The notes under the pieces are model-generated. The model worked only from the letters and a program-made list of their open reading frames with translations, did no database searches and was not told the DNA's origin. The position numbers and the translations under genes are program-made. Positions 6,711 to 20,700 of a stretch of DNA of 43,312 nucleotides are shown here, piece after piece. Positions within the stretch are counted from its first letter, which is position 1; every line of letters starts with the position of its first letter. Origin of the DNA: a virus (taxonomy: Duplodnaviria > Caudoviricetes); the IMG/VR virus record IMGVR_UViG_3300037991_001268, positions 1 through 43,312 of that record. One strand, 5' to 3'.

Positions 6711-8740
6711 TGCAACCGAATAACCTAACAGCACTAGACTTTGAGGATATCAAAGCATCTATCAAGTCATATCTGAGAACTCGTACAGAATTCTCTGATT
6801 ATGACTTTGAAGGTTCTGCGTTGTCGTATCTGATCGACACTCTGGCATATAATTCTTATTATAGTGCCTTCAACGCTAACATGGCGATGAATGAGGCATT
6901 TCTTACCTCTTCTACTGTTAGAGACAATGTTGTTAACATTGCAAAACTTTTAAATTACACACCTAACTCAGTTACTTCTTCAAAAGGTTGTTTGAAAGTA
7001 ACTGTACAAACTGTACAAACAAACGGAAGTTATCCTAGTTCGATTACCCTGGCAAAAGGTCCTGTTGCGACTGGGGGTAATTTTATTTGGAACGTTATTA
7101 ATAATATTACGACACAAGTTGATACAACTACTGGTCTTGCTACGTTTGATAACCTATTAATCTATGAAGGTGCGATTGTTTCCTTCAATTACATTGTAAA
7201 CACCTTTGCAAAGCAAGAATATACAATTCCTGCACAGGATGTTGATATTGCAACTCTGTCAGTTAGAGTTAGAGCGAATGAATCCGCTACTGCATCGGAT
7301 CTTTACTCTAGAGTAGACAATATTACTGGATTGACCGCTACCAGCAGAGCATATTTCCTCTCTGAAGGTGAGGACATGAGATATCAGGTCAGATTTGGTG
7401 ATGACAGTGTTGGTAGAGCAGTTACTGACGGTGAAGTCATTACTTTGGAGTATTTGACTACATCTGGAGCAGAAGCAAACGAAGTTCAAAGTTTCTCCTT
7501 CATTGGAAACATCACTGACTCTCTTGGAATTTCTTATGGTGCAACAGATGCTACTGTTGTTGTCAAGGATCGCTCCCAGCAAGGCGCTGCAGCAGAGTCG
7601 ATTGAGTCTATCAAGTATAATGCACCCAGATACTACTCAGCACAGTCTAGAGCGGTTACAGCGCAGGATTATGCACTGATTACCAAGAGAGTGTACACCA
7701 ATGCTGATTCTGTTGTTGCATATGGTGGAGATTCTTTGAATCCTCCTATTTACGGAAAAGTATTCATTGTTGTTAAGACAAAAACTGGTACAACTTTGAA
7801 TGATATCACTAAAAAGCAGATTGCTAGTGATTTGAGACAATATGCCATGGCATCTATTGATCCTGTCATCATTGACCCAGACAATATCTACATCTACACT
7901 AAAGTTTTTGTGTTGTATGATACTGGTAGCGGATCAAATGCATCTACTATCAAAACTAATGTCCAGAATGCTATCAATGACTGGGCAACACAAACACAAA
8001 TCAATAACTTCAACTCTACCTTTAAAGCACAGGATTATCAGCGAGCGATTACCCTAGCAGATTCTGGTATTAGTGACGTTTCTGTTCAAACTTCTCTTCT
8101 GAAGTATATTAAACCAAATACTAACCAAACTAACACTTATTGCATCTCTACAGGTAGTCCACTGTACAATAGTGCTCCTAGTCAGGATGCTAGTGATGGA
8201 ACATGTAAGAAAGAACCTATCTTACTGTCTGGTTCCTTTAGAACGGCAGATCGTCCTGGTATTGATCAGTATTTTGAAGATGATGGGTTTGGTACTCTTA
8301 GAACTTACTACAACTCTGGCACCAAGAAAGTATATACGAACAATGCTGCAGGTACGGTAAACTACGATACTGGTGAAATTTGCTTCGGTCCCGTTAATGT
8401 TATCGGTGCTGGTGTCAATGTAACGAATGCTTCCAATACAAACATTACAGACACTGTTACTGGTGTTGGTAGTGTTGTTGATCCAAACTTACTGCCTACA
8501 GATCTTCAGATTCCCGTATTGTTCATTCCTGCTAACAGTACGACTATTCCTGCATCGACTCCTGGTACTATCATTAACATTATTAATCCTGAAGTAACAG
8601 TTTCTCCGATCGGCACAACACCGCCCCCAACAATCCCTCTAAATAGTTTGACGCCAAGCGTTTTCAACCAGACACCTGTAACAATCGATCTCGATGCGCT
8701 TACAAATACTGGTTCGTTAAACGATTCTAGTTGTTTTTAA
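6710..8740 (+). CDS. gp6: Baseplate wedge subunit gp6
   Basis: LDFEDIK..L...F.DYDFEGS.LS.L.D.LAYN, FGD...G, ESIESIKYNAP...Q.RAVTAQDY and G.V.Y.TG are gp6 motifs. Confidence 0.95.
   Translation: MQPNNLTALDFEDIKASIKSYLRTRTEFSDYDFEGSALSYLIDTLAYNSYYSAFNANMAMNEAFLTSSTVRDNVVNIAKLLNYTPNSVTSSKGCLKVTVQTVQTNGSYPSSITLAKGPVATGGNFIWNVINNITTQVDTTTGLATFDNLLIYEGAIVSFNYIVNTFAKQEYTIPAQDVDIATLSVRVRANESATASDLYSRVDNITGLTATSRAYFLSEGEDMRYQVRFGDDSVGRAVTDGEVITLEYLTTSGAEANEVQSFSFIGNITDSLGISYGATDATVVVKDRSQQGAAAESIESIKYNAPRYYSAQSRAVTAQDYALITKRVYTNADSVVAYGGDSLNPPIYGKVFIVVKTKTGTTLNDITKKQIASDLRQYAMASIDPVIIDPDNIYIYTKVFVLYDTGSGSNASTIKTNVQNAINDWATQTQINNFNSTFKAQDYQRAITLADSGISDVSVQTSLLKYIKPNTNQTNTYCISTGSPLYNSAPSQDASDGTCKKEPILLSGSFRTADRPGIDQYFEDDGFGTLRTYYNSGTKKVYTNNAAGTVNYDTGEICFGPVNVIGAGVNVTNASNTNITDTVTGVGSVVDPNLLPTDLQIPVLFIPANSTTIPASTPGTIINIINPEVTVSPIGTTPPPTIPLNSLTPSVFNQTPVTIDLDALTNTGSLNDSSCF
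8638..8645 (+). promoter_or_regulatory. Possible late promoter (TCTAAATA) for gp7
   Basis: TAAATA core ~100 nt upstream of the gp7 start. Confidence 0.4.
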
Positions 8741-8744
8741 TTAG

Positions 8745-11700
8745 ATGGATATAAATAAGGTTTCTAACGTCTCGTCTTACCAGACTCCAGACTTTATCGA
8801 GTCTGAGTACCCGCTTTTCAATCGATTTATAGAGTATTACTATAAGTCACAAGAAAAGACTGGTTTAGGTCAAAATATTCTCAATAACTTCCTTCAATAT
8901 CTCGATATTGATAAACTGGATATTGGGATCCTGGACGGTGCTACAAAACTTGTAGAGACGTTAGCAATCGACGCTGATAATATCACTGTAGAGAGTGTTG
9001 ACGATTTCCTTGAGACTAATGGATCGATTCTCGTCGGTGATGAAGTAATTTACTATGAGAAGACGCAACATGCTCCAAATATTGCGTTAAGTCCTGGTAT
9101 TTCGTATGATCAGGTTAAACTGAAGTGGATTACCCTTCAGAATAATATTAATTCGTTTGATGGCACTACAGTAACCTTTCCTCTGGTCTCTCAGGACAAT
9201 CCTGTTGGTCCTCCATCTGATCAACACCTCATTGTGAGAGTTTATGGCGAAACTCTTATTCCTGGTACAGATTATCAGGTAAACGGTAGCAATATCACTT
9301 ATACAACTGCTCCTAGAGCAAAAACTGCTGCTGATGATGAGACTAGCACCAGTATTACCTATTTGAACGGTTTCGTTGAAAACACGATTCCTGCTCTGGA
9401 TAATATTTCTAGTTCTTTCGGTGAGGGTGAAACTGCTTTCCCTCTGACAAGAAATAACGAAAAGTATGAACCTATTGCTGATGAGTATGTCATCGCAATT
9501 TATGATAATCGACTTCTTGTACCTAAAGTTGATTACTACATCGATAAAAACCTATTCATCTTCAAGACTGCTCCTCTGAACGGCAGATTCTTGTCGCTGT
9601 TCTCTATTGAGGCACCTATTCCCGATTTTGGTTCTGGTGCAAAGGGATTCTCTCGTGTTAATGCTGTAGGAGAGATTACTGGTGTATCTATTAACGATAC
9701 TGGTAGTAACTATAGATTTGAATATCCTCCCAAGGTAACCATTGATGATGAAGTTGGTTCTGGTGCGTCTGTTAAGGCACTGGTCAATGGTATCAAGTCT
9801 GTAACACTGCTTGAAGGTGGTCTTGGTTATAGTGATACCAATCCTCCTACCGTCAACGTAGAAATTCCTACTAAAACTGGTTCTCAGGTTGCTAAACTCA
9901 AGGCAACTGTTACTGGTGGTAGTGTTTCTGCAATTGAAGTTCTTGATTCTGGTAGCGGTTACACATTTACTCCTAGAATTACATTCCAGCAACCTGGTGG
10001 AGCAAAATTAGCACCTCCTACCATGGTGGGCGGTTCTGTTAGTGGTACTATTACAATTACTAATCCTGGTCAGGGATATACTACACCACCCGTCATTTAT
10101 ATCGATGAACCCACTGGTACAGATGGTATTAGAGCATCTTTGCGTGCTGTTCTGACCGATGGTAAGATTACTAGCATTACAGTTCTCAATGCTGGTCAGG
10201 GTTATGAGGTAGTACCTAGAATTGCTGTTGTTGATCCTACTGGAGCACAAGTTCTTCAAACTAGAGTTGATGGCGATGGTCGTATCGTTGGAATTGAACT
10301 TCTCTCTGGCGGCAGCGGTTATAATGATGTTCCTTCTGTGTACATCGTTGATAACAGAACAAATGATGTCGGAACTTACATTGGTGGTAGTGGAGCAACC
10401 GCAGTAGCATCTATCTTCAACGGTCAAATCACTGATATTAATATTACCAACTTTGGTACTGGATATAGTGCAGATGCACCACCTACAATCGTTATTCAGT
10501 CTCCTTCGGAGGCAAAAGCGTCTGCTGACATCGGTTTAAACGAAGTTACGGGTTTTGAGGTTCTTCAATCGGGTAAGAACTACAAAAAAGCACAATTCCA
10601 AGGTTGTGCTAGAGCAGCGAGTGGTATTACTGGTTATACCGAAGATGGTAATGCTATTTTCTCAAATAACACTATTGCAGCAGCTGCAGCAATCGATGCA
10701 CCTGTAAAATGTCTTGACGCACTATTTGTCAAGCGATTGCTCGATAAGTACACAGAACAGTTCTTACCTGATGTACCTGAACTCGATTATAAGAAAATTG
10801 ACGTTCGTACATCGATCAAAACGATCAAAGATTTTTATTCTGCAAAGGGTACATCTTTTAGTATTGCTTATCTGTTCAAACTTCTGTATGGTGAGACTGT
10901 AACTGTCTCCTATCCTAAAGATCAGATCAGTAAACCATCTGCAGCAACATGGTCTATTGATACCATCTTGCGTGCTACTTTAGTAAGTGGAGATCCTAGT
11001 AATATCAAGGATGGTCTCCTGCAACAGATTGCAGACATTGCAGATCCTAATATTCAAGCAGCAAGTGCTCTGGTTGAGAACTTCCTGTCTATTCAAACTT
11101 CTACAACAGAGATTTACGAACTTGCTCTGTCTGAAGAAACTATTGTTGGGACGTTTACCGTACCATATAAGACAAAACTTGCTGAACCTCTTAATACAAC
11201 CGATTCAATCATTACGGTTGACTCTACTATTGGTTGGCCAGAAAGAAACGGTGAATTTGTCATTGGTGGCGGAGAACTTGTTCAATACAAAGAAAAGTCG
11301 CTGAACCAGTTCATTGAGTGTACTCGTTCTGTAAACAATGTTGTAGAAGATTGGGATTCTGCTACAGAAGTCACTTCTAATTTCACTGTTTACATCAACA
11401 AAGACACTCCTCAAGAAGTTGTCATGAACATTGTTGGTATTGTTGATGCACAGCAAACAACTCTTACTGACACTGGTTCTTACTATCTGCCTGGTGATAA
11501 ACTGACTGTTTCTAAACTGGGTGGTACAGGCACCAACCCTGAACTGACTACTTGGTTGTATAACGTTAAAAAACTGGTTGAAGTATCCAGTATCACTTTT
11601 GGTGGTGTAAACAACCAGTCTGCAACTGTTACTTGTAACAATCCTCATGGTCTTTTGGTTGGAGACCAAGTTACAGTCTATGGTGCTAACCCCATCATCT

Positions 11701-14700
11701 ATAATGGATCTTTCCTTGTTACATCAAGAGATAGTTCCACAGTATTCCAATATCAACTTCCTCAACCTGCTACCGTTGTTCCTCAGGGCAATATTTTAGT
11801 TTCGGTTGACCTTAACAAAGGTAAGTCTGATACTTCAGCAGTTCAAAACGCTATTGGACCTTATACCACTAACGTTCAGAACTCGTTCTTCAATACCAGT
11901 GAAGTTTATGTTGCATCTACTGGTATTCCTAACTATAAGATCGGTCCTTTCCCTGGATCCGCTCTTCTTCCTGGTAACCAGCGTAAACTGAACAGGTTCC
12001 CAACCTCACCAGTTACGATCTCTACAAAGAATGCTATTAATCCTGGTCCTATTGGAACATGGGTCAATGGTGTTTCTATCTGGTCGTATAAGTCTGAACT
12101 TACTAAAACATTTGGTGCTGTCACTTCAGTCTCTATCACTGACTCTGGTAAAGATTATGATGCTGCTTCACCTCCAACACTGACTATCGATGGTGGCGGT
12201 GGTACTGGTGCAACTGCAGATGTAACAGTTAATGGTTCTGTTAGTGAAATTACTGTCACTAATGGCGGTTCAGGATTTACCTCTTCTCCTCTGGTCTCTA
12301 TCGTTGGTGGAGGCGGATCGGGTGCTGCTGCAACTGCAATTATCACCAAGGGCGTAGTATCTAGAATTCTAATCAATAGCGGCGGAACAGGATACACCTC
12401 TCAACCTTCTATTACTATTGTTGGTGGTGGTGGAACTGGTGCAACTGGTGTAGCATCTGTTCGTGGTCCTATCAAGACTGTTGACATCACCAACGGTGGT
12501 GCTTCTTATACCTCTAATCCTAATGTTATCCTGAGTTCTGGATCTGGTGCTGTTGCACAAGCGATTGTAAACGATGGTCGTATTATTTCGATTGCGATCA
12601 TTTCTGCAGGTTCTGGATATACTACTGCTCCTGAGATCACTATTCAGGGTGATGGTTTTGGTGCGGTTGCTAGAGCAACTATTGACACTGACGGTGAGAA
12701 TGCTGGTCGTGTTACTGGTATTGAAATTATTAACAGAGGTATTGGATACATTCAAGGTACAACTGTTATTAATCTGAACTCGATTGGACAGGATGCACAA
12801 TTTACTGCAAACGTATTCCAATGGACTTACAACCTTCAAGAAACTTCTACGTTTGATTCTGCAAAGGGTGCTGTATTTGAAGGATACAACAACCAATATG
12901 GTGGTGAGTATGCTCACCTGTCTAATCCTCAGCGTCTGAGATATATTCTGGGAGATAACCTGTTTGAAAATAATCAGGGTCTAATTAAAGAACAGGAAGA
13001 TCAACTAGCACACTCTCCTATCATTGGTTGGGCGTTTGATGGTAATCCGATCTACGGTCCTTATGGTTACTCTGATCCTACAGATCAATCATCTTCTATT
13101 GCTCGACTTTCTACTTCTTACAGATTGAAGGCAGAACTGGTACTGGATGTCGTTACTAACCCTAATCCTGTCAGAACTGCTGGTCCTCTTCTCTCTGAAG
13201 AACCAGCAGGTAAATTTGTAGAGGACTATGAATATTCTTTCGGTCTTGGTGATCTTGACCAGTATAATGGTCGTTTCTGTAAGACTCCTGAGTATCCAAA
13301 CGGCAGATACTGCTACTTCGTTACTATCGATGCATCTGAAGATGGTAATGCTCTGTTCCCCTATATTCTTGGTCCTAGTTTCAACTCTGTAGTTGACACA
13401 TGGAACCTAAAAGCAGATGCTATTCAGCAAAACATTCCTACTGGAGTTGTTCGTTATCGTGATCCTTATGAGAATGTTGATATTGATGTTGAGAGAGCAC
13501 CCAATGCATCTACTAACTCTTTGACTTTGGAGAACGGCGATCTGCTGTTGTTTGAGGTAGAAGACGAAAACCGAGATGGTGTTATCACTCAAGATGAAAT
13601 TGATGACCCCGATGGTGTTCTTGAAGAGTCTCCTTTACAACTCTTTGACTACTTCCCCACTGTAAAACTTGACTCCAAGGTTGATATTGAAGTTGAGACT
13701 ATCACTAAGTTTGAAGACGCTTCTATCACTGGATTTGTTGTTGAAAACTCTGGTACAAGTTATCAGGTTGATGATAGATTGATCTTTGATAATACTGACA
13801 CTGGTGGTAGCGGTGCTTCTGCACGTGTCTCTAGAATCAAAGGCGAATCAGTTCAATCTTATACGTTTGAGAATATTAGCGGACAAAACTTTGGTGTTCT
13901 GCAAACTAATGTTCCTCACAACCTGCAAGTAACAGATAGTGTATTCGTTGACTATACTCCAGTCATGGATAACACTAACAAGACTTTTGTTGTTAGACAA
14001 TTCAAAGGTATTGAAGAAATTGTTATCAATCAGACTGGTTCTGGTTACAACGAAGATATTCCTCCTTCAATTATTATTGATGGTAATGGAACATCTGGTG
14101 ACCTTCAAGCAGTAGTATCTGCTGTTGGATCTATTGATACTGTCAATATTCTTAATTCTGGTTCTGGATACACCAGCAATCCCAGAGTTATCTTGAGTCA
14201 TCCTCAGATTTTCAAGAAGGCAGATTATTTTGTTTCTTTAATTGAGAATGAAGAAAATGTAAGAGTTAATGATGTCTTTGTTAATGATGACAAAGAGATC
14301 TATGTTTGCGGTAAAACTCTTGATACCGATGACAATATTGTTGGATTTGTTGCTAAACTGTCGGCAACTGGTGTTAAGGAATGGGAGAAAACTCTTGAAC
14401 TGACATCTGGTGAACAAGACGTAGAATTCAACAAATTATATGTTGATGGTAAGAATATCTGGGTTGTTGGTACAAACAAACCCAACTCTGCAATTTTGGC
14501 AACTTATAACCCAGATGTTATTCTTGCCAAGTATGTTGAAGCATCTAATGGTCTGAGTGCTACTCTTGATTTCCAAAAAGGTTATGCTGGTATCTCTGGT
14601 TCGTCTAGATCTGATAATGTTACAGCAATCACTAAGTTCTCTGACACTAGAATGATTATTGGTGGATACACCAATACTAACTCTGGTAATCCCTATGATG

Positions 14701-17700
14701 CATACTTAGCACTGATTGATACAACTGGTAGTTTTGCAATTAAGAGAAAACTTGCTTCTACCAGTGATTCTGAGAAGATTACTGATATTGTTGTCAACAA
14801 CGGTGAAATTTACTTCACCATGGAAACAGCAGATACTCAGTCTTCTACAGCAATCAACGTTTCCTATGGTAAGGCGACTGTTGGCACTAACTCTATTGAT
14901 GTTGCTTGGATTAATGAGTTCAGCAATGTTGGATATTCCTTCCTCAACGCAAGTCTTGCAGTTGACGAGTTTGATGAACTGTATATCACCTCTACTCTGA
15001 GAGCAAAGAGTGATAATACGACCAAAGACAGTATTTGGGTTGGTAAAGTTAGCACTACTGGAAATCTTCTTTGGAACTATAGATATCTTGCTCCTGGTAG
15101 AGATGTTACCTGTGTCGGAAAATCTGCTATCGATATTTTCGGTGATCTGAATGTTGCGTTCAGCAGAACCAATAATACAACAGGTCTTAAGACTGTTGAC
15201 ACCATGAAGATTGGTTATAATGGTATCGTCAAGAACCATACCACCAACCAATTCAATAAAAATAGAATTGAAGGTATTGAAGCAACAACTCTCACCGTTG
15301 ATAAGTCTGGTGATGCATACATCTTCGGTCAGACTCAATGGAATCGTAATGAGTTCCTTCTTGAGTTTGCTACAGATGCATCTGACACTATTGGCAACTA
15401 TACCCCAACTTTAGTTGGTACTGGTGCAACAGAAGCTCTTACTATCGTTGGTGATGGTATTGCTAAGATCTTCGCTAGAGATGTTGCAACTCCTGCAAAC
15501 TGGGTAAATGCTTATATTCAAGTTCCCTCTTCCGAACTTGGTGCAAAGTTAGGTGCTGACTGGACTCTTGAGTTCATGCTTTATCACGATGCAACTAACT
15601 CTGATACACACAGTCAAACACAACAAACTCTTGTTTCTATCGGTGATGCTGCTGAAGCAACAGGTGGTCTTTGGTTGTACTACGATCGTGGTAATGGTAA
15701 GTTAGAACTGGTTGTAACTAATAACACAACAACAATTAATGCTGCAGGTGGTGCTCAGCAGTCTACATTGACTACAATGTTCGCTGATAATACTTGGCAG
15801 TTTGTTGGACTGAAGAAAGAGGGTGATGTATTCACCGTGTATATCAACGGTATTAGTGTTGTTACTGCTACTGTTGCTAATACTTCATTGATTAGCAAAA
15901 ACCTTCGTATTGGTCAGATTTCTGGTAGAGATGGCACTCCTGGTAGTTTCCGTTCTAACGAGCAAGGTCAGTATTATGTTGATAACTTAAAACTGAGAAA
16001 TCGTGCAATCAATCCTACAGTACCTTCTGATGTTACCAACTTGCCTTCTTCTGGCGATTTTGCTCTGGCATATACTTGGACTGATACTGCATTCTTCACT
16101 GCATACAACGATGTCTATGATTACATCGATTATGTTGGTTGGGGTCTCAAAGTAGATAAAGATGCTGATGCAGCACGTATTGGTGATCAGGGTGTTCAAA
16201 CTGATACCCAAGTTGGACTTGTAAGAACTGCTGTTACTCCTGTAACAGGATCTGCTCTTACTGTAACTAGCACTGGTTTTAGTCTTGGTCTTGCGGGTCT
16301 TCAGTCTCTTGACTTTGATGATGCAACAACAACCATGACTGAGGACACAGAGTCCTTAACATATAAGAAGGATATTTGGAGCTCTAGAACTGCTACTGTT
16401 CCTTCTCCTGGTTCTCAAAAACTGAAGGTTACTGCAGTAGTTAAGGATAGATATTACTTCAAAGTTACCGATACTGTAAAGATCGATAACGTTCAAGAAT
16501 TGACAATCAATCAGGCGTTTAACTTTACAGTAGGTACAAAATTAGTTCTTCGTAACGGATCTAGTTTTGTTAACAGCGGATATATTACTAGAATTGATAA
16601 AGAAAACAATAAGGTTTATGTTGCTGTAAACAATAATCTCTGGTCTAACGATCTGAATACTGGCAATCTCAGCACAGAGCAGTTCAGTGAGCAATCTACT
16701 TACGGTATCGTTGGTCCTATTCCTAATGACATCAACCAGATTGATAGTTACACCTTCCCTGAAGTTCTGAATACAACTCCTGGTACATTTGACATTGATC
16801 TTGACGATTATAACTTAGACGGCACATACAATGCTGGTGGTGGTCAGAATTTAGATTCTTTCGCTAAATTCAAACCATATTCTGATGATGATTATTCTGT
16901 AAGAATCGATGAAGTATCTGGTTCTTCTGCATTCATTGTAGGATCTGTTATCACACTGAATAGTGGCGATGTTTCTTACAATGCTGCATACAGCACGATC
17001 AATATTACTGGTCTGACAGGTGTTCTTAAGATTACCTTGATCACGAACCTTGATAAGATTCTTCAGGTTACTGCTCGTGCAAATACTGATGAAGTATACA
17101 TTATTACCGATACCAGACATTACCTGTCTGCTGGAGACATGTTGTATGTCGATGGTAACCCATCTCAAGAAATCAGCAATGTTGTATATGATGAATATGA
17201 CGGTTCATTCCCTGTAAACAACGTTATCAGTCCTCTTGAATTCACTTACAAACTTCCTCAGGCAGCAGTTTCTGATCCCGCTACTTCAGCATCAGATGTA
17301 AGCATCTTTATTAAGTCTCCTGTTCTGAAGATGTACTATGGTCACCAGTATCTGTTTGACCTGAGTCACTCTTCCATGGCAGGTGGTAACTTGTCCTTCG
17401 CTAAGGATAACCTCTATAAACTGGAATATTCTTTCAACTCTATTGAGCGTGTTGGTACACCAGGTGTAACAGGCGAAGGTTCCCCTACACCTACCGTTAA
17501 ATTCAAGGTTGATGAAGATGTTGTTACCAACATCTCTTACTACTTCGATCCTTCTAGAGTTGATTCCAACGATTCTCCTATCATTCAAGGTAGTTATCTT
17601 GACGTTGTAGATTCTCCTTATAAGGGAACGTTTGAAATTAGTGCTGTTTCTGGTGCAACTATTACTAGAGGTGCTGATACCTTTAAGTTCCCACTTCTTA

Positions 17701-20700
17701 ACGAACCTGAAGGGAATGCCGATGTCTCTAAAGCAACTTATGCTACAAGTTCTAAGAGAGCAGTTGGTTCTATTTCCGATATTCGTATCGTTAATGCTGG
17801 CGGTTTCTATAACAGATTACCTGTTGTATCTGGCATTGAATCTACAAGACAAATTGAACGTGTACAAATTAACGAACCAGGAACTGAATATGCAGTAGGA
17901 ACTTATAGTGGCGTTCCTATCAGTGGCGATGGTGAAGGTGGTTTGGTACAGATTACTGTTGCTGATGGCACTGATGCTGAAGGTACAACCATTCCTGGAC
18001 AGGTTCAATCGGTTCTTGTTACTTCTCCTGGTAAAGGATATACAACTGCAACTGTTGATATTGACTCTGTTGATGGTATCCTTGGTGCTGGTTTGACAGG
18101 ATCTGGTGCTGAAGTTACAGTTGTCATTCCTTCCTTCGGAACGGGTGCGTCTATCTTTACTGTTGGTGAAAATGTCGGAAAAATCAAAAAGCTCAAGAAT
18201 AACAATTTCGGTTACGATTATCCTCATGACTACACGCTCCGTCCTGAAATTACTTTCCCCATCAATGCTCAGTTAACATCTACTAGCATTCTGGATAGTA
18301 TTACAGTTACGGATCCTGGTTCTGGATATTCTCAGGCACCTGCTGTTGTCATCACTGGCGGTGGTGGTACTGGTGCAACTGCTGAGTCTACTATCAAGAA
18401 TGGTCGTCTCGATAAGATTGAAGTCAAAGATCCTGGTGCAGGATACTCTTCAACTCCTACTGTTGAATTGAAGTCTTCGTTCAACTATGTTGTCAACCTT
18501 GACTTGGGTCTGCTTCAGTTCTCCTTCCCTCATGGTATTACCAACGGTGCTGAAATCACTCTGAACGTTGTAGATACTGGCGATGGTGCTGAGTTCCCAA
18601 TTGCAGCAGGTGCTATCGGTAGATTGAATGGTAACACAACATATTACGCTATCACTGGTGCTGCTAACTCCTTGGAAGATGATCAGTTAAAGATCGCTAT
18701 TACTTCTGCTAACGCAGAACTGGGTGATTCTATTACATTTACTAATGCTGGTAATGGTCGCCAGCAAGTTCTGACCACATCTTTTGGTGGTGCTGCAACT
18801 GCAAACGTTATCACTTCTACCTTCCTTGAGGGTGAATTGGTCTATCAAGGTGATACCTTTGAGACTGCAACTGCACAAGGTTATGTTTCTACAAACAATG
18901 GTTGGCAGGTTGGTCCTAGAATTGTTAAAATTGTTGACTACACTGGTGAGTTCCAAGAAGGTAGCAATGTAACTGGCGTTATCTCTAAGTCTTCTGGTAC
19001 TATTAGTAGTTTGAAGATTGCTAAGGGTGTTCTGGACGTTGGTTCTATTACCAAAACAACGGGTCAGTTTATTGATGACGTTGGCAAACCTTCCGAGATT
19101 ATTCAGAAGATTCAAGACTCCTACTATTATCAGGACTTCTCTTACGCTGTTAAGTCTGCTGTATCTATTAGTGAGTGGAAAGATATTCTGATTAAGAACG
19201 TTCACCCCGCATCTTTCAAGGTATTCGGTGAACTGAACCTGAATGAGTATGGTTTCGTTCCTAATAAAGAGACATTCTTCCAGTTAACTAAGTCTGTTGA
19301 ACTTGCAAGAGAAGCGACTGTTCCTAACATTCAAAGTTTTGCTCTGGTTGAACCTGTATATACTGCGTTTAACAATACTGAAGTTCTGTTCCGTCAGAAG
19401 AGATTGACCTCTTCTGAGAACATTTTGACTTCTGTTGTACAGCGTATTGATGATATTGCTAACTTGTTTGATGGACAGAGAACCGCGTTCCCACTGACAG
19501 TTGATGGTACTACTGTTGTTGCGAACGCCAACCAACTCATGATCATCTTAAATGGTGTTGTTCAGACTCCTAATACATCATTTGAAATTATTGGTGATTC
19601 CATCGTCTTTGCTGAACCTCCTTCTCCTCCTGCAAGTGTTAAGTATGTAAACGTATCGATTCAACAAATCAATACTTTCAAATTTACATTCGAGAATGTC
19701 AGTGGTATTGAACCTTTAGTTGGTATGACTTTGGTCGGTACACAGTCTGGTTCTAGACTCACAGTAACAAGTGTTGTTGGTGATGGTTCTGGCACTGGTG
19801 GTATCTTTGGTTTCATTGAGCAAGGTAATGTTGGTGTTCCTCAGTCCCTTGATAACTCAACTCTGACTGGTGGCAGCGGATACACCGATGGAACTTATGT
19901 TGCTCAACAAACGTCTTCTTCGGGCACTGGTATAGGTCTTACAGTTGACTACACTGTAGCAAGTGGTGCAGTAACAAGTGTCACTATTACAACTCCTGGC
20001 GTTAGTTATGTTGCTGATGAAGTTATTTCTATCGGTGCTGGTACTCCTGATCTTTGGGAAGCAGGATATGGATTTGAATTAGGAGAATTGATTACTAATG
20101 GTAATCATGTATATCAAGCGGCAGCAGCAATCCCTGCTTCGCAAGCTGCTCCTGTTCATACATCGGGCACTTCTGATAATTGGACACGTATTGCAGCAGC
20201 AGGAACTAACTTTATTCCTGGATCTGACGGTAAGTTGACAAGCACTGTCTTTAGTGGAACTCCTGCAACTATTGAGATTGGAACTGCATCTGGATTCAGC
20301 GTTGCTGAACTCTGTACAGTTGGTGCAACTGGATACGCTGCTAACCTGGAGTCTATTTCTCCTGTTACAAACTTGGGTCTGTTTAACTTCAATGAGCAAG
20401 TTTCAAACCTGGATGGTGATATTGCAGTTGTTGAAGAAGTCAACCTCGAAACTGGTGAGAATACACCTATTGCTGAACTGAGATATACCATTGGTGCTGG
20501 TACAACTTCTATTGAAGTTAAAGATCCCGATGCTGTTGCAGATACTTTTGTTCCTGCAAGTGAGTTTACTGTTGGTGCCAACTATCAGTTAGGTTCTGAG
20601 ATTTTCAGAGTTGATAGTGTCACTGTTGGTACTGAATCTACAGTTCTTGGTGTTACTAGAGGTGTTCTTCAGACTACAGCGATTGCTCACCAAGAGGATG

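Noticed and set aside
8750-8757. Perfect late promoter TATAAATA
   Set aside because: It lies just downstream of the gp7 start codon (encoding D-I-N-K), so it cannot produce full-length gp7 mRNA. It may be coincidental.
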